Shown: piece by piece, positions 1-8,892 of the stretch | Layout: each line of letters begins with the position of its first letter | Numbering within the stretch: the first letter of the stretch is position 1 | IMG/VR virus record: IMGVR_UViG_3300027736_000035 | Span: 1-64,000 of that record | Source of the DNA: a virus | DNA: 64,000 nt | Direction: 5' to 3' (one strand) | Translations under genes and position numbers: made by a program | Notes under the pieces: model-generated | Seen by the model: the letters and a program-made list of their open reading frames with translations, nothing else | Database searches by the model: none | What the model was told of the DNA's origin: nothing

Positions 1-370
1 CGGATGTTAGCAATGTCTTGATCAATTCTCCCATTGGTGTTGGAAGTATTTTTAATTTTCCACAACCAGCAGTTCCGTCCATCCACATGCCTTCTACACT
101 GTGGCAAACTCGATCCAGATTGATCTTGAGATCTTCTGGATGATCCACTTCACCTAATACCGAATTGCCTTCACGTATTTGGGTGTTGATGGTGGTAACT
201 GCTTTGTTGATTTCATGCAATGGATATATTCTATCGTTGGCGTTGCGTTTGTCGCCTTCGATGCAAATACCTTTGAGATACAGATGTTTTCCAGTGCCAT
301 CTGGTCCAGATTCTTCAAGAACCTGGATGTTGGCCTGTGTAAAAGTCAATTGTTCTCTTAGGTATTTCAT
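1..370 (-). CDS. gp21: Prohead core protease (T4 gp21-like), 3' end runs off the window
   Basis: Not in the ORF track. Manual translation from ATG at 370: MKYLREQLTF...LYLKGICIEGDKRNANDRIYP...VLGEVDHPEDLKINLDRVCH...GKLKILPTPMG. The NxNxRxYP, GExDHP and LxTPMG motifs are typical of gp21. Lies downstream of the portal. Confidence 0.9.
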   Translation of the reverse strand, partial: MKYLREQLTFTQANIQVLEESGPDGTGKHLYLKGICIEGDKRNANDRIYPLHEINKAVTTINTQIREGNSVLGEVDHPEDLKINLDRVCHSVEGMWMDGTAGCGKLKILPTPMGELIKTLLTS

Positions 371-373
371 CAA

Positions 374-1168
374 TTATCCACGTGCAACTGGGCTCTTGGT
401 GTTGACACCAGAGGCTTGACCCAAGTGTGGCTTGTTAGCTGGCTTGAGATTTTGTGTGCCTTGTGCTGGTGTGTTACCCACACGACCAATCATGTCTTTG
501 GTGGTGTTTCTGTAAGCAGGTGTGTCGTGATTGCCGCCCATTTCGCCGCCAGCATGTACAGGTTTTACGCTGTTGCCAATTGGGCCTTTTGCGCCTGCAT
601 TTGCAGCCACAGTAGACCGCTTGTTCACGCCGCCTTCTTCACTAGTCACTGGCTTTGGGGCTGCTTTGAGTGTGACAGCCTCCATCATGCCCGGTTGCAT
701 ATCGCCAGTATCGTCCATTTCAATAGCGTCACCGCCTTCTTCAGGACCAAAACCGTCGCCGTTGCCGCCGCTCATGCCGCCCATCATTTGTTCAAACTCG
801 GCCATCAACTGGTCCAGTTTGTCTTCTACATTCATGATGTCGTCTTTGGTAGCTGGTTCGTCACCGCCCATATCATCGTCGCCCATGTCATCATCGTCAG
901 CTTTGACATTGTTGATAAATTCTTCGGCTTCATCGCCGCCCATTTCGTCGCCGTCATCGTCGCCTTCGGCTTCCATGTTCATGTCGGACTCTTCTTCCAT
1001 CTCAACTTCGTCCATCATGCCTTCTTCAATTTCTTCATCGGCTTCGTCGGCCATCATATTTTCATAAATCTGGCGGCTCTTTTCCACAATGATATCATGG
1101 AAAAGCTCTTGAGCTTTTTGCTCTTCATCATTGATCACGTATTCAATCAATTGTTCAAATCTGTTCAT
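374..1168 (-). CDS. Highly acidic prohead core/scaffold-like protein
   Basis: 264 aa, D/E/M-rich centre. Sits between portal and protease, where T4 has gp67/gp68. AGGAG SD and a TAAATA box upstream. Confidence 0.6.
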   Translation of the reverse strand: MNRFEQLIEYVINDEEQKAQELFHDIIVEKSRQIYENMMADEADEEIEEGMMDEVEMEEESDMNMEAEGDDDGDEMGGDEAEEFINNVKADDDDMGDDDMGGDEPATKDDIMNVEDKLDQLMAEFEQMMGGMSGGNGDGFGPEEGGDAIEMDDTGDMQPGMMEAVTLKAAPKPVTSEEGGVNKRSTVAANAGAKGPIGNSVKPVHAGGEMGGNHDTPAYRNTTKDMIGRVGNTPAQGTQNLKPANKPHLGQASGVNTKSPVARG

Positions 1169-1279
1169 AAGAAAACTCCTATAGGTAAAGTGTGCTGTTA
1201 TTTACACAGCCAGAGAAATCTACAGTGTTTAAGGGCTCAAAATGACGATAAATTGCAGGATCTGCAAATCGTCCAGCTG

Positions 1280-1504
1280 TCACATGCCCGGTGGAGCAGC
1301 TGGTGCTGGTGCATACTGCTGACGCACCAATTTCAATTTGTCTTTGTATTCTACAGTTCGAATGTCATTCATGCGGCGCAGTTTGTTTAGTTGACGTAGA
1401 GTCAAATGAGTTTTTCGCAGATCACCCAGCTGAGGTTGGCTGTTGTCCTGTGCAAGATCCTGATAGGCTTCAGGCTCTTTGTGAAAAAACTCGTTCAGTA
1501 TCAT
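1280..1504 (-). CDS. Small hypothetical head-module protein
   Basis: 74 aa ORF directly after the portal, with its own TAAATA box 5 nt upstream of the ATG. Confidence 0.7.
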   Translation of the reverse strand: MILNEFFHKEPEAYQDLAQDNSQPQLGDLRKTHLTLRQLNKLRRMNDIRTVEYKDKLKLVRQQYAPAPAAPPGM

Positions 1505-1512
1505 ACAGATAT

Positions 1513-3291
1513 TTATGCCGGAGCGCCTGGCGCTGCACCAGCGGGATTTGCTGGCATAGGTGCACCTGGTGTCACGCCTGGTAGGCCCGGAGCAGCAGGC
1601 TCCATTCCCGCAATGTCTTGTCCTGTTTCAATGTCTGTTTCCATACCTGCTGGCGTGATTCCTACTCCGCGCAAATCTTGTCCACTTGCGGATTTTTCTT
1701 CCACAGTGTCGTTTTCTTCGCGCCACATTTCTTCGTTTTCTTTGATTTCTTCTTCGGTCAGACCCAGGAAACGTTCCAGCATGAATCGCTTGCTCATGTA
1801 AGGCAACGGCTCCAGACTTTGGAATGCATTGATCCGTGTGTTGTCCAGTTCACTTTGACGGTAGCTGGCAAAGTTTTGTGGTGGGTTAAACTTCAAACTG
1901 AACAGGCTGGAGTCTATATTAAACCCACGCCATTTCATGAACATCTTGAATTCGTCGTCTAGTTTTTGTACGATCAGTGCTTGCAATCGCTCGCAATACT
2001 GGTTGAATCTGTACTCTTGTATCAAAGCTGTGCCTACTTTTCCGTCGTTCATGGTGGCGCCGCTGTCGTCCGGACCTGTGGGCAAATAGCTAGAAGGCAC
2101 ACGTAGACCACGAGCCATTTTGTTGTTGAAATACTTCAAATCGTCAATTTCGCCCAGATTTTGACCGCCAGCCAAGGTGTCAATACTGCTGCCTCGACCG
2201 TCTGCTGTGACAGGAAAAAAGTAATCTTCCCCCACACTCAATGGGTTGTAACTGGCATCCATCATGTTGGTTCCGCCACCTGTTATGGTAGGAATGCGCC
2301 GCTGATGCATTTCGTTTTTGACACGTTCCACAAACGCCATGGCCAAGTGACTGGGCATGTTGCCCACGTCAATCTTGAAGATTCGCCGTTCCGGAGCACG
2401 TTGCACACGATAAATCAGGATGGAGTCTTCCAGCAGTTGTTTCTGCTTGAACACCATGTAGATCTGTTCCAGAATGCTTTTGCCAAATGGCCAAAACACA
2501 TCTAGACCTTCGTTCAGGCTCATGTGTACCACGTGTTTGGCATCCAAACAAACTTCGTTCATGGCCTGCATGAATCTGCTGTTGCCCACGCCACCTCCGG
2601 TGCCGCCGTTGGGCATGGTGTAGTTGGACGATCCGCCCACACTGCCTGTGGTGGGGTTGGTCATGTAGTCTGTGGTGGTTTTGGCTGCCACACTCATGTT
2701 TTGAAAGTTGGGATTGATATCACGAATCACATACTGCTCTGGACGCTTGCCTTCGCTTTCGTTCACAATCACACGGGCCAGTTTGCTCATGTCCACCCAC
2801 ATCATTTCAAATGTTTCTGGATCACGTACAAATATCTGATCGCCGTATTTGATGGTGTTGCGGAACAGTTTAAATATGCGTTGATCCAGTTTGTTCAGTT
2901 TGACCCATTGCTGTAGTTGTTTCTTGATGATGCTGATCTCGTGATCAGTGGGTTTTTCTTTGAAATCCACTTCAAACGGTGTGCCGTTTTGCTTGTTGGG
3001 CTGTGTGCTAAACTCTGCAATAATATCCAAACATGCATTGACTTCTGAGTCCATGTCCATGTTTTCATACTGATTGTAACGTTCAATTCTGTTGGGATGA
3101 CCACTATACACTTCGGGCAAGCGGCTGGCATAGTTACGAAACACAAAATCTGCTTGAGGACCGGTGCCGTCATTTTTGCCGTAGTTGTCTAGACCAAATT
3201 GATTACGGCCCGATATGGGGCTGAGTTGTCCGGAAGTGTCGGCCACTTTGAAATATTTTTTCCAAGAGCCTTGAGTTGTTTTTTCTGGCAT
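1513..3291 (-). CDS. gp20: Portal vertex protein (T4 gp20-like)
   Basis: LLEDSILIYRVQRAPERRIFKIDVGNMP, EDYFFP, GGQNLGEIDDLKYF...LRVPSS motifs match the gp20 family. 592 aa. Confidence 0.95.
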   Translation of the reverse strand: MPEKTTQGSWKKYFKVADTSGQLSPISGRNQFGLDNYGKNDGTGPQADFVFRNYASRLPEVYSGHPNRIERYNQYENMDMDSEVNACLDIIAEFSTQPNKQNGTPFEVDFKEKPTDHEISIIKKQLQQWVKLNKLDQRIFKLFRNTIKYGDQIFVRDPETFEMMWVDMSKLARVIVNESEGKRPEQYVIRDINPNFQNMSVAAKTTTDYMTNPTTGSVGGSSNYTMPNGGTGGGVGNSRFMQAMNEVCLDAKHVVHMSLNEGLDVFWPFGKSILEQIYMVFKQKQLLEDSILIYRVQRAPERRIFKIDVGNMPSHLAMAFVERVKNEMHQRRIPTITGGGTNMMDASYNPLSVGEDYFFPVTADGRGSSIDTLAGGQNLGEIDDLKYFNNKMARGLRVPSSYLPTGPDDSGATMNDGKVGTALIQEYRFNQYCERLQALIVQKLDDEFKMFMKWRGFNIDSSLFSLKFNPPQNFASYRQSELDNTRINAFQSLEPLPYMSKRFMLERFLGLTEEEIKENEEMWREENDTVEEKSASGQDLRGVGITPAGMETDIETGQDIAGMEPAAPGLPGVTPGAPMPANPAGAAPGAPA

Positions 3292-3309
3292 GATATGTTA
3301 TTTACCGCG

Positions 3310-6300
3310 TTATGCTTGAGCCGCCAGTATCTTTTCATTGACTGAAACACCGTTTCTTTGCACTCTGATCAACTCTTGAATTGCAGACAGCAGCATTTGA
3401 TTTGTGTCTTGTTGATTGGTCAACGCAGATTTAACATCACCCATGCTGTTTTCAAAACTGGTTCTGGCAGCTGATTGATCTTTCTTTTCAGCGTCTGTTT
3501 TGATAGTCATGGTTTCAGTTAGCATTCTGGCCACATCTGCAGGGTTATCTAGTGCAACACTCATACCCTTGCTGTTGAGTGTGGCCACGTCTGAATTGAT
3601 TGTGAGATCTGCTACCCCCGGCATATTTTTATTATATGCACCCATTGGGTTCAATGCAGCCACTTGATCTGCAGTCAACGGTGCCACAGTGGTTGCACCT
3701 TGATCTTTAGGTGCCACTGTTTCGGTTGATTTTTTATCTTTTGGTTTGGGAGTACGTTCCCAATGCCCCGGATCATCTTTTGGCAATGGGCGACGCCAGC
3801 CGCTGTCTTGAAGGATTTTGGCAAATTCCTTTGTCATTTTACCAGTATCTACATCTATAGCATCACCAGAAAGGTGTTTGCTATTTTCACCAACAGGAAG
3901 ATCATCTTTGGTAAACCATCGGCCTTTGTCGTCTTGATGATGTTTCAATCCTTCTTGTTCTTCTTTGGTGCGGAAGTTACTGATAATTGGAACACCTTTA
4001 TTGACCAATTCAAGCACGTCTTCAAGCACCCGAGCACCATTTGGCAGCAGAGTAATTTTTGCAGGATCAACTGCTTCAGATCCAGCTGCTGCAGGCTTGG
4101 GCTTTGGCGCTTCAGGCTCAGCTGCTTTGGGTTTGACTGGCTCAGGCTCAGCTGCTTTGGGTTTGACTGGCTCAGGCTCAGCTGCTTTGGGTTTGACTGG
4201 CTCAGGCTCAGCTGCTTCGGGCTCAGCTGCTTTGGGTTTGACTGGCTGGGGTTTATTTTCCTGTTCTTCCAGTATTTTTTCAATTTTCTTGTCAAGTGCT
4301 TGTTCATCAGGCTTGACTGGCTTTGGCTTGGGTGCTTCAGGTTTGATTGCCACAGGTTTAGCTTCGGCAGCATCTTTAACAGCACGGGCTTCTTCAGCAG
4401 CTTTGTCGGCAGCGGCTTTTTTTGCAGCAGCATCTTTAACAGCACGGGCTTCTTCAGCAGCTTTGTCGGCAGCGGCTTTTTTTGCAGCAGCATCTGATTT
4501 GGGTTTCACTAGCTCAGGTTTAACCGCTCCAGGTTTAACCGCTCCAGGTTCGGCATTGGGCTCTTGGGGCTTGACTGCGTCGGCTGCTGGTTTGATTGTT
4601 TTCTTGGCTGCTTCATCAAGTTGTTTAGCTACCGCTAGTTGTTTTTCAGCTGCTTCTAATTGTTTTTCAGCAGCCACTCGATTTGTTTCTGCTGCTTTGG
4701 CACCATCTGCTGCTTCTTGTAATTTTTTCTTTTCTGCATCCAAATCAGCTTGAGACGCTTTGCCAGCCTTGACTGCTTTTTCAAGCAGTGCAGTTTTTTC
4801 CATCTCTTCTCTTAGAGATTTTTTTGCCAAAGCTTCAGCTTCACTTGCTTGAGTCTTAGACTCGTTTGCCTGAGCTTTTTCCAATTGTGCTTTTTTTAGA
4901 TCAGTATCTGTTGATACAATTTGGTCTGTTGGTGTTTTGCCAGCATTGCGAACATCCAATTTAAAATATGGATTGTTTTGTAAGTAATCAATTATTTCTT
5001 TTGTGATTCCTTTCTGTATGTCAACCACAGTATCTGCTGACAATTTTATTTTGGTACCATCGGTGAAATTGATAGTTATACCTTTGTTGACCAACGATTG
5101 CAATGCTATCATTATTTGTTGTTGATCTTTGAGCAATGCGGCATAACCAATTAGTCTTGGATCTCCCCCGGCTTTTTCTGGAGTTTTGCCATCTTCAGAT
5201 GTTAATTTTTTTCGTTCATCCAGGATTTTTGCCATCTCTGTATTGAAATCTTTTTCAAGAAATTGTCTGGCCTGTTGTGTTTCTGCAAATTTTACTAAGT
5301 AATTTTCCCCTGTGCCTGTTTGATAGGCGCTGTTGAATTTTTCACTGGTCCTAGCAAGAGCTTGTAATGAACTGTATGCTCCTTCGCCACCTGATTTGAG
5401 TCCTGCGCTGACATCCGCAATATCTTTCATTATCTGACCTTGAGTGCTGGTACTGGCTTTTTGTGCAGCTTCGGTGGTCATCATCCCTGTGGACAAGTCA
5501 CGAAAGCCCTGTGCCAGTTCAGGAGATACTTTGGCCAAAATTAAATTTTGTTTTTCAAGTTCGTCAGCAGCAGCAATTTGTTGAGCATCTCCACTGGCTC
5601 TCATGGCAGCTATTTTGGCACCAAATCTTTGCTCACTCAGTGCTGCTTCTCTTGCAGATTGCTGTTCTTTTCGGCTCATGCCCAACAGTTTGGCCAATGC
5701 ATCTTGTTCATAGATATATTTGCGTGTGCCAGCGATCAATTCATCATTGGTCATTTTTTGAGATCGCCCAGCAAGATTTTGCAATCTGATATAGCCCATC
5801 ATGCTTTCATTCACTTGGTCTTGTGTCATTCCCAAGGCAAAAAAGTTTTGTCTGTCTTTTTCAAGTGCCTGGCCTAAATTTTCAAATTTTCTACGACCAT
5901 CAAATGCACTTCTGCCAAACGCTGCAAGTTCTTTGCTGTTTTGATTGACCAGGCCTATGTATTCATCCATTTTGAGAATGTTGAGACCTAAGTTTGAAGC
6001 ACTTTGACCAACTCCGGTCATGCCTTCACTGGCAGCAGCACCTGAGTCGGCTAATTTGCTGTAGGCATCATACTGTCGATCTGCCATGTTGCTGGTCAAA
6101 TCATACAGGGTAGCAACAAGTTTAACACTGCTGCCTGACAGCTTTGCCAGGCCAGACAGGAAACTTGCAAACAGTGGACTATTTCCTAACACACCAGCAG
6201 CTTTTGATATGGTATTTGTAAATTGGGCAACTGACTCTGCTGTGGCCGCGGTCGACGTACTGAACGCCTGCATGCCACGTCGGCCTTCATACAAGGAGTT

Positions 6301-6504
6301 ACCGAGTGAGCCTGATGCTTTTTGTAAATTGTATAGCGAATCTGCTGCTGATCTTGACGCAGCCATTTGTGCTCGTTGTACCGCTGACAGTTCTCTTGTG
6401 GAATCAGCTGCACTTGCTGTCAGTCTGGAATATCGGTCAAACTCTGAACTGAGTCTACCCAAATTTGCGGTAATCGAATTTACTTCGTCATTTAAGTCAG
6501 CCAT
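3310..6504 (-). CDS. Tape-measure-like protein with Pro/Lys/Ala repeat linker and C-terminal M15-like Zn peptidase domain
   Basis: 1064 aa with a long Ala/Gln-rich helical N-terminal part. C-terminal SNFRTKEEQ...SKHLSGDAIDV...DDPGHWE fits the SxHxxGxAxD / (E/D)xxH peptidase M15 pattern. Adjacent to a tail-chaperone-like gene. Confidence 0.7.
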   Translation of the reverse strand: MADLNDEVNSITANLGRLSSEFDRYSRLTASAADSTRELSAVQRAQMAASRSAADSLYNLQKASGSLGNSLYEGRRGMQAFSTSTAATAESVAQFTNTISKAAGVLGNSPLFASFLSGLAKLSGSSVKLVATLYDLTSNMADRQYDAYSKLADSGAAASEGMTGVGQSASNLGLNILKMDEYIGLVNQNSKELAAFGRSAFDGRRKFENLGQALEKDRQNFFALGMTQDQVNESMMGYIRLQNLAGRSQKMTNDELIAGTRKYIYEQDALAKLLGMSRKEQQSAREAALSEQRFGAKIAAMRASGDAQQIAAADELEKQNLILAKVSPELAQGFRDLSTGMMTTEAAQKASTSTQGQIMKDIADVSAGLKSGGEGAYSSLQALARTSEKFNSAYQTGTGENYLVKFAETQQARQFLEKDFNTEMAKILDERKKLTSEDGKTPEKAGGDPRLIGYAALLKDQQQIMIALQSLVNKGITINFTDGTKIKLSADTVVDIQKGITKEIIDYLQNNPYFKLDVRNAGKTPTDQIVSTDTDLKKAQLEKAQANESKTQASEAEALAKKSLREEMEKTALLEKAVKAGKASQADLDAEKKKLQEAADGAKAAETNRVAAEKQLEAAEKQLAVAKQLDEAAKKTIKPAADAVKPQEPNAEPGAVKPGAVKPELVKPKSDAAAKKAAADKAAEEARAVKDAAAKKAAADKAAEEARAVKDAAEAKPVAIKPEAPKPKPVKPDEQALDKKIEKILEEQENKPQPVKPKAAEPEAAEPEPVKPKAAEPEPVKPKAAEPEPVKPKAAEPEAPKPKPAAAGSEAVDPAKITLLPNGARVLEDVLELVNKGVPIISNFRTKEEQEGLKHHQDDKGRWFTKDDLPVGENSKHLSGDAIDVDTGKMTKEFAKILQDSGWRRPLPKDDPGHWERTPKPKDKKSTETVAPKDQGATTVAPLTADQVAALNPMGAYNKNMPGVADLTINSDVATLNSKGMSVALDNPADVARMLTETMTIKTDAEKKDQSAARTSFENSMGDVKSALTNQQDTNQMLLSAIQELIRVQRNGVSVNEKILAAQA
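4112..4247. repeat. 30-bp in-frame tandem repeat encoding EPEPVKPKAA
   Basis: TCAGGCTCAGCTGCTTTGGGTTTGACTGGC occurs three times exactly, followed by a partial 15-bp unit and a further near-copy. Confidence 0.95.
4367..4495. repeat. 60-bp perfect tandem duplication encoding DAAAKKAAADKAAEEARAVK
   Basis: The sequence lines starting at 4381 and 4441 are identical over 55 nt. Confidence 0.95.
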
Positions 6505-6516
6505 GTATTTTACACC

Positions 6517-6537
6517 TATAAGTAGTGTATATTTATA
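6517..6537. promoter_or_regulatory. Pair of opposite-strand T4-type late promoter boxes
   Basis: TATAAGTA (+, 6517-6524) and TATAAATA (-, 6530-6537) in the 41-bp gap between the divergent tape-measure and chaperone genes. Confidence 0.65.
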
Positions 6538-6545
6538 GGTGATTT

Positions 6546-7388
6546 ATGACCCAATTTGCTAACCCGTTGAAACAATATTTTCGGCAACCTGCGATCTACA
6601 TGCGCTTGCCCACAGGAGGAAAATATTGGCCCGCAGGCACCATTGACTTGCCACCAAACGGTGAAATACCAGTTTACCCAATGACTGCCATTGACGAAAT
6701 AACATATCGTACTCCCGATGCTCTGTTCAATGGACAAGCTGTGATCAGTGTGATACAAAGTTGCATGCCCAATGTTAAAAATGCCTGGGCAGCACCTGCA
6801 GCAGATGTCAACAGTATGCTGGTGGCCATAAGACTGGCCAGCTACGGTCATGAATTGGAAATCTCTAGCACTTGCCCTGCCTGCAACACTGCTGAAGACT
6901 ATGCTGTGGATCTGCGACAAATACTAGATCAATTGAAATTGCCTGATTTTGAAACCACATTGCAGCATGGCGATTTAGAAATTGCATTTGCACCAGTCAG
7001 CTATGAACAGCAAAACCAAAGCAATCAATCGCAATTTGAAGAACAACAAGTGATACGAAGCATAACTGATTCTGACATGTCTGAAGAAGAAAAACTTAAA
7101 AAACTCAACGAAGCCATGCGACGCATCACCGAGCTCACAATACAAGCACTCAAATGGAGTATCGCCGGCATACGTACTCCCAGTGCTATTGTGAGCGAAC
7201 AAGAATACATACAAGAATTTTTAATCAATTGCGATAGAAAATTGTTCAATGCCATACGTGACCGTGTGATTGGTCTTAGAGAAATCAGTGAGTTGAAACC
7301 CTTGGATATCAAGTGTGGCAATTGTTCACATGAATATCACCAGACAATCACACTGGATATGACAAGTTTTTTCGGAGCCGCCTCCTGA
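6546..7388 (+). CDS. gp26: Baseplate hub / tail assembly chaperone (T4 gp26/gp51-like)
   Basis: LPTGGKYW...EIPVYPMTAIDE...D...MLVAIRLASYG, two CxxC motifs (CPAC, CGNC) and a C-terminal SFF, as in T4-like gp26 proteins. Confidence 0.75.
   Translation: MTQFANPLKQYFRQPAIYMRLPTGGKYWPAGTIDLPPNGEIPVYPMTAIDEITYRTPDALFNGQAVISVIQSCMPNVKNAWAAPAADVNSMLVAIRLASYGHELEISSTCPACNTAEDYAVDLRQILDQLKLPDFETTLQHGDLEIAFAPVSYEQQNQSNQSQFEEQQVIRSITDSDMSEEEKLKKLNEAMRRITELTIQALKWSIAGIRTPSAIVSEQEYIQEFLINCDRKLFNAIRDRVIGLREISELKPLDIKCGNCSHEYHQTITLDMTSFFGAAS
7367..7373 (+). other. Putative programmed -1 ribosomal frameshift heptamer T_TTT_TTC
   Basis: X_XXY_YYZ heptamer in the correct phase, 4 codons before the stop of 6546..7388. 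The -1 frame is open straight into ORF 7415..7603. Confidence 0.7.
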
Positions 7389-7414
7389 ATTCCACCGCTG
7401 ACGAAATTTCAAAA

Positions 7415-7603
7415 ATGGTAGACGATATGGAACAGGAGGCTGATGAGTTGCGTCGGCAAAGTTTAAAAATGAGTTGGTACATGCGCGGCGGCTTGTCATA
7501 TGATGATGTACTGAGTCTGAGCTATCGTGAACGCGGCATGGTCAGCAAGATAATCAAAGAAAATCTTGAAACTACCAAAACTAGCAAACTGCCTTTCTTC
7601 TAA
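7415..7603 (+). CDS. Small tail-chaperone-like ORF; probable frameshift extension of the upstream gene
   Basis: 62 aa (WYMRGGLSYDDVLSLSYRER), resembling the small gp51/GT-type domains. No clear SD. Confidence 0.7.
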   Translation: MVDDMEQEADELRRQSLKMSWYMRGGLSYDDVLSLSYRERGMVSKIIKENLETTKTSKLPFF

Positions 7604-8103
7604 TGGACATTCTCACAGTCACTCGAGACATACTCACCTGGTCAGAAACTTTTGTAGAAGTTCCGCATCCAGCCCTGGGTGGTTGGCCACCTTGCCCATT
7701 TGCACGGCAAGCACGGCTGAAAGGCTCTGTGGGCATATTCATTGGCCAGGATCCATATTTTGATCTTGAATCACGTGCTGCATTAGGCATGCAACAGTAC
7801 GAGGTGATAGTGTATGCTTACGATCCTACAGAATGGACCCGTGATATTTTTTCACCAAGATTACAAGCAGCCAACCAAGACTTTTTGCTTGCAGCAGACT
7901 TGATTGTGCTAGAAGATCATCCCACCGACGTTGAAGATGTCAACGGAGTGATCATGAATCAAGGCAAATATGCATTGAGCCTGGTCCAGAGTCTGAGTGA
8001 TCTTGACCGTCGTGCCAAACAAATGGCTGACAAAGGATTCTATCATGCCTGGCCAGAACAGTATCTCACAGGTCTATTTGAAAATAGAAAAGATCCAAGA
8101 TGA
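7603..8103 (+). CDS. Hypothetical protein with CPFA motif (DUF1415-like)
   Basis: W..TFVEVPHPALGGWPPCPFARQA and EDHP motifs. TAATG coupling to the upstream ORF. Confidence 0.5.
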   Translation: MDILTVTRDILTWSETFVEVPHPALGGWPPCPFARQARLKGSVGIFIGQDPYFDLESRAALGMQQYEVIVYAYDPTEWTRDIFSPRLQAANQDFLLAADLIVLEDHPTDVEDVNGVIMNQGKYALSLVQSLSDLDRRAKQMADKGFYHAWPEQYLTGLFENRKDPR

Positions 8104-8543
8104 CTTATCAGTTTGCTAGAATTGACTTAGAAAAAACCAACTACAAACCCACGGTAGACTGGCGGTTCATAACCAATCGTGATGCTGATACGCTGGCACA
8201 GCTGGACAACATCTATAGAACCTACTGCATCTACAGACGCTTTGTGAGCGTGATACCCATGTTTCATTCTAGATATCATGACTCAATGGCCGATCTGATT
8301 GGATACTATGACGCAGATCGGCTGGTGGCCTGGAGTTTGATACGCAGATTTGACCAGCACAATGCACAATGCGATCAATTTGCTTGGACCTATCATCGGC
8401 CCAAGCTACGCATGGGCATAGAAACAATGAAAACCGAGTGTGCGATCTACAAGGAGCGAGGATTTGAATACTTGTATCTAGAACAAGCGCACTTGTACAA
8501 GTCAGAAATTGATGGATTTGAAATACTAGGACCACTGGAGTAA
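8100..8543 (+). CDS. GNAT-fold protein resembling the C-terminal domain of Arg/Leu-tRNA-protein transferase (ATE_C/Bpt)
   Basis: GYYDADRLVAWS...PKLRMGIETMKTECAIYKERGFEYLYL....YK pattern parallels ATE_C (Y.dgkLia...SLG...L.Ei..ak..gl.yyYLG...YK). Confidence 0.6.
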   Translation: MTYQFARIDLEKTNYKPTVDWRFITNRDADTLAQLDNIYRTYCIYRRFVSVIPMFHSRYHDSMADLIGYYDADRLVAWSLIRRFDQHNAQCDQFAWTYHRPKLRMGIETMKTECAIYKERGFEYLYLEQAHLYKSEIDGFEILGPLE

Positions 8544-8546
8544 CAC

Positions 8547-8885
8547 ATGGCAGACTTATATACAATTTGGGCAAACAAAGAAGGCGATATCTCAGACCTT
8601 GACTGGGTCACAGGCATGAAAAGTTTTTTTGATCATCTGATCTCTGAAGGCAAGATGGAGAGCTATAGAATCACCCGCTGCAAGATGGGATTTAGATCAA
8701 TCGCAGACATGCCTGAATGGATGATCCTGATGGAATTCACAGGCATGGCACAGATGGACCTGGCCTTCAAACGTGTGGCACCTTTAGAGGGCGAACTTGA
8801 AGTCAAACACAAAAGCTTCAATCAGTTTGTGTCAGGTGACATTCAACATGCCTTGTTTAGAGATTGGCCAGATACCAATCTCTAA
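8547..8885 (+). CDS. Dimeric alpha-beta barrel protein (DUF6614-like)
   Basis: LYTIW...HL..EG....YRITRCKMGF....EW.I.MEF...AQMDLAF......FRDWPD pattern, recognised from memory of the family. Confidence 0.55.
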   Translation: MADLYTIWANKEGDISDLDWVTGMKSFFDHLISEGKMESYRITRCKMGFRSIADMPEWMILMEFTGMAQMDLAFKRVAPLEGELEVKHKSFNQFVSGDIQHALFRDWPDTNL

Positions 8886-8892
8886 AGTTTGA

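Noticed and set aside
416-1390. 324-aa + strand ORF and the nested 178-aa ORF
   Set aside because: Antisense shadows of the acidic - strand gene; their odd H/F/V or S/P composition follows from its biased codons.
3763-4753. Several overlapping repetitive ORFs, and a possible CRISPR-like array
   Set aside because: Alternative frames of in-frame tandem repeats inside the tape-measure gene. There are no unique spacers and no cas genes.
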